The notes: generated from the letters alone by a model not told the origin. A stretch of DNA of 63,042 nt, filler included, from Folioceros fuciformis (GCA_049999805.1; 34 parts of 34 records of this genome joined end to end with filler, not necessarily neighbours in it), one strand, 5' to 3'; positions 11,764-24,215 are shown, counted from the first letter of the whole stretch. Numbers and translations: made by a program.

Positions 11764-14332
11764 TCATGGCTCTATTTTCGATTTCTCCTTCGTCCTCAGC
11801 TTCAGCGGAAAACCGTCCGCCGGGTACGGAATGGGCCAGAAATGCTGCTTCGGGAAAGGAATAACTCCAGCAGACTCGAACCTGTGTATATGCACACAAT
11901 ATTCAGCAGCCATGAGTAATGCCGAATGTGATTCAAAGCTTGATGGCTGCTGCGGGGTTTAGAATGTCCTACTGGAACACAGGCAAAAATCGATGCAGAA
12001 AAATGAGAATTTGTTGTCTCGCCAGATCTTTGCCAACACAGACTCGGTCTCCGTTACCAAAAGGTGTATAGGTATTGAACTTGGGCGTCGTCTGGTGAAC
12101 ATTCCTAAGGTTTAGTCATGCCAGGAAACGTAGGAACCAGCGAAGAGATCCCAGCCAGCAGAACAGATGCTAACCATGGACACCAGCAACCAATCCTTGC
12201 ATGAGCATATGATCTAAGGGCTGCTCCTCCGGTCAGTGATCTTGCATTCAAAGGCACAATCTAAGAACTTTGGGAAACGTTTGTTACCTCAAATCTGTCA
12301 GGATCAAATCTCAGTGGATCAGGGTACACGTCTGAGTCCAGATGGAAATAGCGGTACCACGTAAGCACCTGCCAGCCCTTCGGAATCAACATCCCTGGAA
12401 AAGGAGAATTCGAACTGAACATGTCATTGCGATGCGGATATATGGGTACTTGTTCACGAGCGATTAGCTGAACAAATGACAACATTATCCATGAAATGCA
12501 CGCGTACGACATGTGAGAGCAGTCTTTCCAGAAATGCTTACCATCCAACACCACGTCCTCCTTTGCTTTGCGAGGGCTGAAAGCCGCAACATTAGCCACT
12601 CTCATTGTCTCTTGCAAAACCTGGCAGCATATCGAATTCGGGATCACACACCGCACAAACGTGAGCAAAGAGGAAGCTTGAAACTTCACCGGGGGCCTCA
12701 GTATTACTTGCAAATACTGTGAGAATACTTGCAAATACTGTGAGAATACTTGCAAATACTGTGAGAATAAGGCACAGAGTGGAATTGAACGCACTCGAGA
12801 CGTGTACGACAGTGCTCTGCTCATTTGCTCCCATTTGATAGGGGAGTCTGGAGGGCTGCTCCTTGCATACTCCTCATGCTCATCCTGCACGCGCCAGAAA
12901 TTCAAACAATCATGAGCTTACACGTCAGGCATGCAGGTCGACCGGTCCAGCACATACCACAACCATCAGAAAATCCAGAAAAATAATGAGCAAGATCTGA
13001 CATACTCTGACTCGCTTTGCGAGCTGTGGATACTGGCACATGTTGTACAGAACCCACATCAGGGCACAAGTTGTGGTATCATGAGCTGCAAAGAGGACAG
13101 TAAGCATATTGGATCTGATCTGCGCGTCACTGAGCTTCTCTCCGTCATCACTCTCCCACGTCAAGAACTGCTGAAGCATGTCGTGATGTTGCAGTCGGCC
13201 CTCTTCGCCCCGTCTCTTGTCTATAAGATGCTGCAAGAACTTGAAGGCTTTTCCAGATCCCTGTTTCAGCAATTCAGAATTTTCATTCCTCCAGGTAAGA
13301 TAGGTCTCGTGTAGAGGAGGGTCCGGCTCTCAGGATACAAACCCTCCCACCATACCTCCACAGCCTTGCTCCACGCACTTCTTGGGACCTTGAGAGGGAC
13401 CACCATGAGGCCATGCTCCACGGTGGCAGCGTCCTGCCGAAACCGATCCAGCTCCACGGACGGTTCCCAGTCGTCGCACATGAGGCGCATCGCCACGAAA
13501 AATGTAAACTGCACATGCCGTTCAGATACGAGGTAGACCATCACAGAAAAGCACGAGCTTCAACAAAGGCTGTCGGCCAACCACTGAAATGTCCCGTTGA
13601 CCTACATCCTTAAGCGACCGCACAGTCTCCATGCGATTTTTGTCGGCCATGGCAGCAACCCAGTTCTTGGCCTCCTCGTCGATGTGTGACGCCAGGTTCT
13701 TGGGCGCGTCCGTGGTAAGCGACGACTTGATGATCTTCCGGTACACGTTGTGAACCCCCCCATCCACCTGGCTGATGGCATCCGGACCCAGGATGTCGTT
13801 CTGCGAGGCCGGGTAGCTGGGTCCGAACAGGTTTGGATGCTGCAAGACGAATCTGGTGGCCTCCACCTTGGTAACGCACACAGTGGGATGCCCGAACAAG
13901 TGCGTCCGGAAGTTCTTTCCGTACCTGCTATCGCCCACAAATACGTACAGGTCTGCCCCCTTCCCAGCAGCTGTTCTCCAACAGAATCTACAATACAGGA
14001 CCAGAGGATTCATCAAAAGGATACGAGACTTACTTGCGGATCTTGGGAAGCATGAAGCGGGCGGGGTCCCCGCTGAGCAGCTGGAAGCTCTCACCCACCA
14101 CCGGTATCTGCCAGAAGCGTCCTCGAGGGACCTGGACGTTGGCTCTCTTCACCACCAGGGAGCAGGAGTAGAGATACACCATCACCACGACCACCAGCGG
14201 CAGATGCCCCAGGGCCATGCCGACCCAGAAATCGGTGCTAGCCGCCACATCGACATCCGACACAATTTTCTCCATCCAAGCCCTCCCGATCCCAAGGAGC
14301 TGCAACGCATACAACCCCATGATCATGCCCAT
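11764..14332 (-). CDS. Cytochrome P450, CYP85 clan (CYP707A/ABA 8'-hydroxylase-like), 9 exons, about 512 aa
   Basis: Exons 14332-14034, 13924-13606, 13508-13356, 13260-13006, 12884-12795, 12620-12542, 12394-12288, 12091-11973 and 11881-11764 sum to 1539 nt with all introns GT-AG. Motifs: FAAHDTT, ETMR, FDPDRF, PFGNGDRVCVG. The start codon is a best guess. Confidence 0.92.
12704..12767. repeat. 21-bp tandem repeat (about 3 copies) in P450 intron 5
   Basis: Unit GAGAATACTTGCAAATACTGT. Confidence 0.9.
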
Positions 14333-14460
14333 CCAAAGCACCCGGATCTGCGAGCCTAAAGGTGGCTGGTACACGGCGTCAGGTGAAGAGGTGCAAGCGC
14401 GGGAACCCAAACGGGTTTGACGTCCTTTTTTTGCACGTGGAAGATGAGCAGAGTGTCGCC

Positions 14461-14468
14461 CTTTTATA
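14461..14468 (-). promoter_or_regulatory. Candidate TATA box of the P450 gene
   Basis: TATAAAAG on the minus strand, about 130 bp upstream of the ATG at 14332. Confidence 0.5.
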
Positions 14469-14672
14469 AAACGTAAAAAGACACAAGTATTATCAGTGAA
14501 TGCGGATACAGTGTGTGATGTCGATGAAGCAAACAATTTCTGTTCTATTTGTTCTATTGCCATTCTTCTTCATGGACCATAAAGTATCTCAAATGCGGTA
14601 AACTGGGTCTGTCCCTTATGGAAGACGAAGAACTCCCCTTCGAAGGAAGGGCGGAGTATGGAGAAACAGGCT

Positions 14673-15504
14673 TTATGGGCAGAAGATTGACGTTGTACCT
14701 GGTGCCATGGGCACAAGTGAATCTGGAAGTGGCGTGGTCGTAATTGTATAGCTGTAGGAGGAGGGACAGGCGGCCTTGAACTCCCGGGTGCCGTCTGTGG
14801 GGCCCAGGCCTGCTGAGCCGTCGGTGTTGACGCAGGTGAGCGCGCCCGAGGGCAGAGTTTGCAGCTGGTTGTTAGCGGTGCAGAAGGAGCGGATGTCGGA
14901 GATGGTGCAGGAGGGCGCACCCCAGCTGCTGCCCACGGGCTGGATCTTGAGCCCGATAGTGTAGGCGTTCACGTTGCTGAGATCGTAGTAGTCGGTCGGG
15001 CTGACGATGTTGAACTCCGCAAGATTGGCCTGGTTCCTGTCGCTAGCTGCGCTCGGGTTCCCACCGGCAGCCACGCACTGCCCTGTCACGGATGCCCATA
15101 CTGCCGCCGACGGCCAGCTGCACCCTGATCCGAAGTCCAGCGTCTGGGATTGTCCGGCGCTCAACTGGTACTGCACGATGGGGCTGGACTGGGACTGCGC
15201 GCAACTTGTGACCGTGTAGGAGCAGTGGTTCTGGATTGTCACGGTGCAACCTGAAAGGAAGACGACATCAAGAAAAATGTTAGAATATGTCGCAATGCAT
15301 GTATTGGACATCTTGCACGAGCAAGGTTCTTGCCGTCCGGTGGCCATGGATATGCAACATTTCATATTGAATCAAATGCAGGGCCCGAGAAGAGGGGAAT
15401 TGATGGTGGGCACCTCACGTACCGCGCACGGCGACAAGGAGGAAGCTGGCTGCTATCAGGCCAGGGACCATTGCAGGAACCGAAGATGCATTGTAGGGGG
15501 CCAT
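14673..15504 (-). CDS. Thaumatin-like protein (PR-5), 2 exons (15504-15423, 15250-14673), with a compensated frameshift near the C-terminus
   Basis: Signal-peptide exon with a phase-1 GT-AG intron. Motifs TIQNHCSYTV, LAEF, DYYDLSNVNAY, FKAACPSSYSY and terminal IFCP*. Confidence 0.88.
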
Positions 15505-16181
15505 CTCGCACCCGAAGCCTGTAGCTGGGCGGTTTGCGCTGCGATGAAGGGAGAGTCCTGAGGTCTGGCGTTATGCTGCTACGGCCTGTTTCGCCTTCTA
15601 CAGGCGACAACCAGTCAATGGACGGTGAACTACGTTGAACAAACTCCGTTGATGTAGAAGGTAGTGTCCTTTGGGAATGGCGTCGAACTTCTACATGTGA
15701 TGTAGGAGGTAGGAGGTCGTGTCATTTTGGGAATGGCGCTGAATTATTGAGATCTGCAGTGTATCACTGCCACGTAGCTCTTAAAAGACATGCAACCAGA
15801 TTTAAGGGTGGGTCCTTCCATGTAGATTGCCTGTTTTAAGTAACATAAAAGGGTATTGTATCTAAGATGGATTACAATGGGTTGGACCAAACAACCAATT
15901 TAAGGGTGCTAAGGGAAAATTAGGGTTAAAAAATGGTCCACACCAAGAAAAATTAGGGTTGAAAACATGAAGATATGTGCTACTCTAGATGACTGGCGAT
16001 GGCTCACAGTCTAACAGTTCTGATAGTTGTGAAGATGATATATCAGACCCAACAGATTCAGTGGGAGCTGACTTTCCTGCTGAACCTCCTTTCTCCACGT
16101 TATCTTGTTAGAGAACGGAGGCCAAGGTCGGAATGAACAGAAGTACCATATGAGTCTGTTGATTTTCAAAAATGAGTATAT

Positions 16182-16690
16182 ATGGCAAACTTATCTGTCC
16201 CAGAAGTGAGGCCTGATCCTCAGTCGTACAGTGAAGCCCTCAATGGCCCTGATGGTGATCATTGGAGGGTTAGTATAAATGAGGAGTATAATAGCTTAAT
16301 TAAGAACAATACATGGGAATTGGTGGACTTACCTTCTGGACGTAAACCCATCACCTGTAAGTGGGTGTTTAAAACAAAGCTAAAGTCTGAATGGCACAAT
16401 TGCTCGCTATAAGTCTTGACTAGTTGCAAGAGGGTTTAGCCAAATCCCTGGAGTGGATTATGGGGAGATGTTTTCTCCTGTTGTTAAACCACCATCTATT
16501 TGGATTTTACTTGCTATGGCTGCAGAGTTTGACCTAGTGGATTATGGGTAGATGTTTTCTCTTGTTGTTAAACTACCATCTATTTGGATTTTACTTGCTA
16601 TGACTGCAGAGTTTGACTTTGAGGTTCATCATATGGATGTTTGTACAGCATTTCTGCATGGTGAGCTGGAGGAGGTCCTATACATGTATC
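16182..16690 (+). mobile_element. Degenerate Ty1/Copia reverse transcriptase fragment with an internal duplication of about 83 bp
   Basis: NNTWELVDLP..KPITCKWVFKTK, YKS*LVARGFSQ, HMDVCTAFLHGELEE. Contains a frameshift and a stop. 16454-16533 is repeated at 16537-16617. Confidence 0.9.
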
Positions 16691-17461
16691 GATCCTTAGC
16701 ATCAACACCAACATCAACGGCTCTCACTCAATGCAGCAAGCACACGTGACCTGAGCTGATGTTGCGGCTCCTGCGCAAAAGACAATGGACCCTAATAAAC
16801 CTCTACCCAAATCACCACACTTCCTAGACCAAAGATACGCGTGCCTTCCTAAAGAATTACATAACACTTATATTGGAACAGGAACATCTTAGCTTGGTTG
16901 AGCTGGGCACTACATATATAGTCCCTCCCTCACCTTGCTATAGTTCCAAGAATATGAATCTTATTTTATCATTGTTATAAAAAATATATCATTAGATTTT
17001 ATTACCATTAAATTAGTTATTGAGTAGATAGAGAGAGATTATGTCTAGGTTGGAAAATAAATTGGAGAAGATTAAAATATTTATTAAAATAAAAGTTGGG
17101 AAAACTATGTACTCTTAAAAAACAACTATAAACCCTAAAGGGGCCGGGCTCTGTGTAGGGCCGGTTCGGTCGTGGCAGTGGGGCACAGGTGGGACGGGGC
17201 TAGGTTTGGGGGTTTGTCGCACTCCAGCTTGCGGCCCTCTAGGTCGAGTGGAATTGGGTTTGGCGGATCTTTCGTCCTTGTTTTTTATTTTCCTTGTGTT
17301 ATGGTTTCTTTTGGGATTCGAAATTTATGATTGGCATGGAGATTTTTGAAGAGCTTTGGTTNNNNNNNNNNNNNNNNNNNNNNNNNNNNNNNNNNNNNNN
17401 NNNNNTTAATTAATTAANNNNNNNNNNNNNNNNNNNNNNNNNNNNNNNNNNNNNNNNNNNN

Positions 17462-18834
17462 TTCTAGTACTTATATAATTTTTAATTTATACTATAATTA
17501 TATTTTTTTTCTTAAATAGTATAATTTCTTATAAAAATTAGAATAATAATTTAGCTATATATCTATAGAGACTTAGGTAATATAATACTATATAAGTAAA
17601 TCTATATAGTATTATATAATATATCTTAATATTATCTAGAATATAATATAAATATATACTATAGTTAATAGAAACTTATAGTAACTATACTTTTTCTTTT
17701 ATAATATTTTACTATATCTTAAAGTTCTAAAAGTTAATTTCTTAGCTTTAAACTTAGTATAAAAAGCTTTTAATATTTTTATATTTACTTAGTTTAAAAT
17801 ACTTAAGTTATAAAACTATTTTCTATAAGATTTAAACTCTTAGTTTAGAAGTCTTAGTTAAATAAGTATAATTTAGTAAAAAGAGAGTATTTATTATCTA
17901 ATAGATATTAGTTATTATATTATTAGTAGTAAATAGTAAGATATTATTAAGTAAAGAGATTATAGATTAAGAAATACTATTAATTTATAAGTTTATAGTA
18001 ATATTATTAAATAAAGTAGCTTTAATTAATAATTAGTATAGTATTACTCTTAAAAAGTTTTCTAATAGAGTAGTCTTTTTATAAATAGTACTAAGTATAG
18101 TAGTAATTTCTTTAAGTAGCTTTTTAGAGAAGATTAGTATAATATTTATAATAAAGAGTTAAACTTACTTTCTTATCTAATTTATTCTATTCTATAGCTT
18201 TAATTCTTATAAAGAGACTTATAGTATTATAGAATTAAAAGTAAAGTTTAACTCTTTAGAAGTAGATAATAATACTAAAGTATATACGTATACTTTAGTA
18301 TTTAGTAGTATACTAGTATAGTAACTAATATAAGCTATATTATATCTTTAGAAGAGAATTACTTAAATATATTAAACTATACTATAGAAATTTATATAGA
18401 TTAGTAAAGTTACTATATATAAAGACTTATATATATTAATATAAATTATATTTACTTTTTAAAAATACTAGTATATATAATAAGTAAAAGTTTAATATAT
18501 ATAAAATACTATATAGCTAAACTAATTAGCTCTTTATAATAGAGTTTAACTAAAATAGACTTTATTACTATCTTTTATAACTTTAGTCTCTATTCTAGGT
18601 ATATATACTTAAAACTTAGTAATAATTCTAATAAATTCTTTATAATTAAAACTATAGTTAAAGTTATTCTATAATAATAGTTATAGTAAAAAGTATTTAT
18701 AGATAGTAATACTAGCTTTTATTAAACTAACCTAGTTTAGTATTATAGACTTAAGTAAGATAATATAGATAGATAATAAATACTTTTATATAATATAAAG
18801 ACTATTATATATATTAGTAAGTATAGAAAATATA
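17462..18834. other. Extremely AT-rich contig with a RIP-type dinucleotide signature
   Basis: CpA and TpG are essentially absent, TpA is greatly enriched, and the ORF track lists no ORF here. Confidence 0.85.
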
Positions 18835-19533
18835 NNNNNNNNNNNNNNNNNNNNNNNNNNNNNNNNNNNNNNNNNNNNTTAATTAATTAANNNNNNNNNN
18901 NNNNNNNNNNNNNNNNNNNNNNNNNNNNNNNNNNGGATCAACCGCCTTTGCTCTGGAGCGACCTTTACAAGCGGTGTGATTCAGATATAAGTCTCTTGCA
19001 CAATCACCACCCAAAAAGTTAGCTGACGGAAGATCGTACCGTTGCAGATGTGCGACTTATCTCGAATTTCTACAAAACTGATCTTGCCTGCCGGGCAAAC
19101 AATCTTCACATACAAACTGATTGATCATAGACCGTGGCAATGGCTCCACTAGGAACCGTTGCCTGCCCCGTGCCATTCCAACATCTGATCTAAAAGCTTC
19201 TAGTTGTTAGACTATTCCATAAATTATAACACCCGCCCAAGCATTATTCTAGATTTCACAAAAATAGAATAAACATAGGCCCAACTATTTATGTATATCA
19301 CTACACAAATAAAAACTCAAAGTCCAAGGACCTAGAAAAGAAAAATTTAAAAACGTTGCAGCACGATCGTTTGTGCTGTTGATTAGGTGCATGCAAATAG
19401 TAATTAGTTATTAATTAAGTTATGTTAAGAAGTAGTATTAGTGGTAATTAATAAAATATTTAATTAAGGTAATCAGAAAATAAAACAAGATAGACACACA
19501 ATTAGATATGTGGACATGGCTGTAACAAGCATA

Positions 19534-19860
19534 AAAGCCTAGCTCAACAGTGTTCGCTTGAGCTGTAAGCAAGCCTAGCTCAATAGTGTTCGCTTCAGCT
19601 GTAAGCTTGTATTTCTCTTGAATTACAGCTTGTATTTCTCTTGAATGTACTTTCTGTAAAATTGGCTTTCACTTGAAGTAGCTTCAAACTTCATAAGAGG
19701 AGTACTAAGAGCAGCAAGTAGAGCTTAAAAATAACCATACTTGGTGACCTGACGAGCAATAGTATTCTCACTATTCATTTGTAAAGAATAGGCATACAAG
19801 GGTCATGAGGGGCAATAGTATTCTCACTATTCATTGAATAGACATACAAGGGTCTTGAGG
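19534..19860. repeat. Three separate short direct duplications
   Basis: AAGCCTAGCTCAA.AGTGTTCGCTT.AGCTGTAAGC x2; AGCTTGTATTTCTCTTGAAT x2; GCAATAGTATTCTCACTATTCATT...CATACAAGGGTC x2. Confidence 0.8.
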
Positions 19861-19944
19861 AATGAAAGGAAGTTGATAGAATAAAAGAACATTGAAAAGA
19901 AAATTTTAAAAACATTGCTGTGCATATAATATTCTATTGACATA

Positions 19945-20018
19945 TGTCTGAACCCAGGTTCGAACTGGGGACCTCTAGTGTGTGAGACTAGCGTGATAAC
20001 CAACTACACCATCCAGAC
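19945..20018 (-). tRNA. trnV-CAC: tRNA-Val (anticodon CAC)
   Basis: GTCTGGATGGTGTAGTTGGTTATCACGCTAGTCTCACACACTAGAGGTCCCCAGTTCGAACCTGGGTTCAGACA: acceptor stem, CTAGT/ACTAG anticodon stem, GTTCGAA T-loop. Confidence 0.96.
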
Positions 20019-20410
20019 ATGCTGATAACAATTTTGTAAGTACAAATTTAAATATATAATTATCACCATAATAACTTCTTTCCTTAGTCAATGATGTGGA
20101 AATCTCTTCAACAGACTGGAGCATACGTAAATATCTCCGTAGCAGTGGCTAGCCCTGGTAGATGGTGTTTAGGAGCTCTGACAAACCATGCTCGACCAGT
20201 GCAGAGGGTCACGATTTATAAAATAACGCATTCACGGCATTTCAATAGACTCTCACTCGAAGATAGGAGAATATGCAAACGACCTAAGGGGAGAGCAACA
20301 TCATACGTTCGTAAAAATGAATATTCCACACAGTGAATTAGACTTCCCATTCGAGTTTCTTCCTGACATGTCAGGCCCTAGCCTTGCAAAACACAGGGAT
20401 ACACATAGAA

Positions 20411-21446
20411 TCACAAACCTTTCGGCCCTGACCATCTTAAAACAGTGCAGACCACAAAGGATCCTCCAGCAACAATAGCTAGTTTTGCCCTGGCGAGCGG
20501 AGATCTATTCTGTTGAACTGGGAGACCTTGCACAACCCCACCATTTCTAACGCTCGCATCTCTTGGGAGAGAGACATCTTGTTCAACAGGTGTCCGGTCA
20601 GCAGTCACCAATAGAGAGCCACGGAAAGTCTTAAGCCACGTGAAAACTGCAGGAGTTACAAGTCGGCACTTCTTCACCTTAATCTTCACTAGATTCGGAC
20701 AACCACTTGCCAGTGCCTCGATACCAGTATCAGATATTGGACAGCCCTTGATGCACAGCTTCTTCAAGGACACACACTTCGCAGCTATACAAGAGAGTTC
20801 AGAATCACCAAAGGTCTGGCTGTTACACAGAGCAAGTCTCTCAAGAGAAAGGCAGTTTGTTGCAATAGTGCTTATGCTGGCCACGGTGGCATTGAGGCTG
20901 ATCAACACCAGCTCCTGCAGTTCTTGACACTTCCTGGCTATTGTAATAAGTCCCTCATCTCCAACCCGACTAGACTTTGAACCATCAACATGTAGCTTCC
21001 GTAGACGCCTGCACCCAGAAGCCACTGCTGATAGTCCGAAGTTGGTGCATTCATGACCTTTACCCACATATAGGACTTCAAGGTCCTTCCACCGAGAAAG
21101 AGACTGCAATCCTTTGTCAGTCAACTGCAATCTTTCGATATGGAGCTCAACCAAGCCAGGGACGTGATCAGTGATGATATCAAGAAGCTTGTCCCAGTTG
21201 CCCGTATTCTTCGACAGCATGAGGGTGTGTAACTTCCGTGAACCAGCAATCAGAGGTTCGAACAATTCCGCGTTGAAGAGATCTTTCAGGCAAAGTCTCC
21301 GTACTTTCCCGGCTCCAGGTTGAATATACCCCGCAGAAAGGTCACGAAGACCTCTCAGTCTCTTAACAGTCAAATCCTCCAAATTGATGCAGTGTTTCAA
21401 AACCGCATTCAGGCCACGAGACCCGAAGCCACACGAGCAACACGAC
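20411..21446 (-). CDS. F-box/LRR protein of the VFB/SKIP2 type, 5' truncated
   Basis: SCGFGSRGLNAV..LEDLTVKRLRGL, VGDEGL..LQELVLI, LERLALCNS.TFGD.ELSCIAAKC..LKKLCIKGCPISD.GIEALASGCPNLVKIKVKKC. Confidence 0.88.
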
Positions 21447-22846
21447 NNNNNNNNNNNNNNNNNNNNNNNNNNNNNNNNNNNNNNNNNNNNTTAATTAATT
21501 AANNNNNNNNNNNNNNNNNNNNNNNNNNNNNNNNNNNNNNNNNNNNATGAAGAGAGAATGAATGTAGATAGTTTGTGAAGGGAATTAGCAAGGAAAGGAA
21601 GAGTTGGAAAGAGGGAGGGAGGGAGGGAGGGATGAGATGCAATTGATATGTTATATAAAGGTGTCCAAGTGCATGAAGTACATGTGAAGGAATAAAATGT
21701 TTAAAATATGAGAGAAGGTCGGTGTGTGATATCTTGCTGCGTGTTGGATGCAAAGGTGTAACGTGTGAGGAGGGAGTCAACAGCTTTGGAGCTGGAGATG
21801 GTTAGCAGGGATGGGTTTTTAAAAGAGGAACTGGATATGTGAACATGTGTATGGGCCCGCATCCGCAGGGGGGCGAGGGGCAGAGGCCAGGGTGGGCACA
21901 GGCGACAGCGGAGAAGGGGAAGAGACGGTGTGGACTGGTTGGTACAACGCTTTGAGCATGATAGAACGGGATAGCGAAAAGCGAAGCATGTGGCATCCGA
22001 CGCACCTAACAACCTGGCTTGTCAATAGCGGCAGTGGGCCTGCGTCTCTTTCTGGCATTCGTGGCCACCCCGGAGTTGGGCGCCCCAAGCCCAGCTTGTA
22101 CTGGAAAAATTTAAAGCGCTTTTCTTTTTCTCCCAATTCTTCCTTTTCTGAGCCCTAACGGGAGAGGCAAGCAAAGCAAAGGAAAGCGCGCGAAAGCGCG
22201 AACGGGGTGGCCAGGCCAGGGTATCGCCAGGGGAGATTCGCCGGCCCCGGCCCCGGCCCCGGCCCAGGCCCCTGCCCAGATGAAAGAGAGGGAGAGCAGC
22301 GGCTGTGGAATGTATGGAGGTGCGGCCCGCCAGGCCACGCCATCGCTTCCAGGCGGACGCCAGCCCGACATCCGGGCGGGCGGAGCTCCAAGCCTCCGCG
22401 GCGCCTCTGCTGCTGCCGCTGCTTCCGCCTCGCCTCTGGTACTGGTAGGAGACTCACAGAGCTGACTGATTGATTGCGAGACGCCCTCGATCTGCCTGCC
22501 CCTCTGTGGGCAGCCATCGCTGCCCTGTCTGCTGCGGCTGGCGCTGCTGCCGCTGCTGCTTTTCTTCCTCTCCTCCTCCTCCTCGACCTCCTCCTTTCCT
22601 TCTTCCTCTACCACTTGCTTTTTTCTTCTTCCTCCTCTTCTGTTCCTCCTGCTCATCCTGCTTCTGCCGCTGCCGGCGACTCTGTGGAAGCCCGCCGCAA
22701 GCCCGGTAGAGCGACTGTACAGACTTGCTTGCTTGGTGGTGTAGAGCTAGCTAGGGAGCGCATTACGTTTGGTTGGCGTCGGGATCGGGATCGGGGGCCG
22801 TGGTTGCGGATCCGGTGCCGTTGGAGCTGCGAGTGTGGCTGTAGAT

Positions 22847-23120
22847 ATGTCTGGAAAGGACCACATTCTGCTGGCTCCTGTGGGGGCCGCGGGGGGCGAT
22901 GAGCCGCCCCAAGGAGGCGGAGGAGAGGGAGATGCTTGCGACCCGGACCGCGTGGTTTCGGAGGAGTCTGAGGAATTTCTGGACGAGAGAGAGATGTTCG
23001 GGATGTGTTCTCTTGGAGAGGACGAGGAGCTGTCGGCTGAGATCCTGAAGCGGACGGAGATAAAGCCGTTTTCCGGGTTCGGGTCGTTCCGGCAGCGGCA
23101 CTGGGAGACCAGCCTGCCCG
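22847..23120 (+). CDS. Possible first exon of a gene (weak resemblance to EMB8/YheT-type alpha/beta hydrolase N-termini)
   Basis: ATG follows a CT-rich leader and the frame stays open to the gap. KPFSGFGSFRQRHWET loosely resembles the P-Y..F....NRHxET motif. Confidence 0.3.
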
Positions 23121-23220
23121 NNNNNNNNNNNNNNNNNNNNNNNNNNNNNNNNNNNNNNNNNNNNTTAATTAATTAANNNNNNNNNNNNNNNNNNNNNNNN
23201 NNNNNNNNNNNNNNNNNNNN

Positions 23221-24072
23221 AGCGCGCGCTGGGGAAATGGGCAGGAGAGGGGGAAAGGGAGGAGCAAATGGTAGCACCGGCAGTGAGACAGCAGCGGGAG
23301 CAAGGCAGATCTAGTAGCGGGGTTGTAGATTGGGGAGGAAATCGGGACAGGATAGGAGGGGAACGGGAAAAGAAATCAAGGAGAAGACGGAGGCAGGCCT
23401 GGCCCTGCATCAGCCGAATCCTCCAACTCACCTCATGCTCCTTCTGTGCTTGCCCTCAATCCCATCACCTGGTCTACCTGCAATGTTGATCCAAAAGAAG
23501 AAGCAGGACAAAGAGATGGAGAGGGAAGGGCTTCCAGAAGAGGAAGTGGGACAAGAAGAGAATGGAGGAGGAAGGGAGAAAGGGGGAGGGGGATGGGGGC
23601 GGCCGCAACCCCTGCCTCTAGCCCTAGCTAGGGCACAGCCTCCCTGACCGTTTAAGCCAGCAAGGCAATTAGCCAGCCTGACGTCAGACCCTGACCCCTG
23701 ACATACCCCACATATTCCTATTCCTATGTTCAGACCATTATTTTATTATTTTATATTATTATTTAATCATTTAATATTATATCTTTAATTAATATTAAAC
23801 TAATCACCAGACCTAGACTTAAACTTTCGCAACCCTATGGCCCGATATCGGACCTAAACTTTCCCAGGTTTGGGACCAGACCTGTACCCACTCTAATAAC
23901 CAAACCAACTATTTCCTAGTCAATTAACCTAATCAGCTCAAAGAAAAATAAGAAAAATGACCAAAAAATAAAGAAAAATTAGGAAAAAGAAGTAGAAAAA
24001 GAAAACCATACCATACCACTATTAACCCTTTTTGAAACAAAACAAACTACTACCCCAAACTTTGGAGGTTCA
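23221..24072 (-). mobile_element. LTR-like repeat (family C), partial
   Basis: Homologous to about 36080-36991 and shares the exact terminus TGAACCTCCAAAGTTTGGGG on the minus strand. Confidence 0.8.
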
Positions 24073-24215
24073 CAGCAGCTCAATCTTGATCCCCAAATCT
24101 CCCACTAGACGAGCAAGCCACATTGCTTCCTTACACGCCTCAGTTGCTGCAACATACTCGGCCTCTGTGGTAGATAGCGTTATGCACGATTGCAAACAAG
24201 ATCGCCATGAGACTG
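24073..24215 (-). mobile_element. Copia RNase H fragment (family A), insertion target of LTR family C
   Basis: The reverse complement nearly matches 56305-56441 (ITLSTTEAEYVAATEACKEA). Confidence 0.88.

Noticed and set aside
11190-11949. MITE terminal inverted repeats
   Set aside because: One arm is the P450 terminal intron and exon, so this is a gene-derived duplication.
13856-14359. His-rich plus-strand ORF and similar antisense ORFs over real genes and TEs
   Set aside because: Shadow frames of the coding strand.
17462-18834. Organellar or AT-rich endosymbiont DNA; also faint RecQ-like helicase motifs
   Set aside because: No ORFs or RNA genes are present and the CA/TG loss is specific. 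The helicase-like words were too degraded to support.
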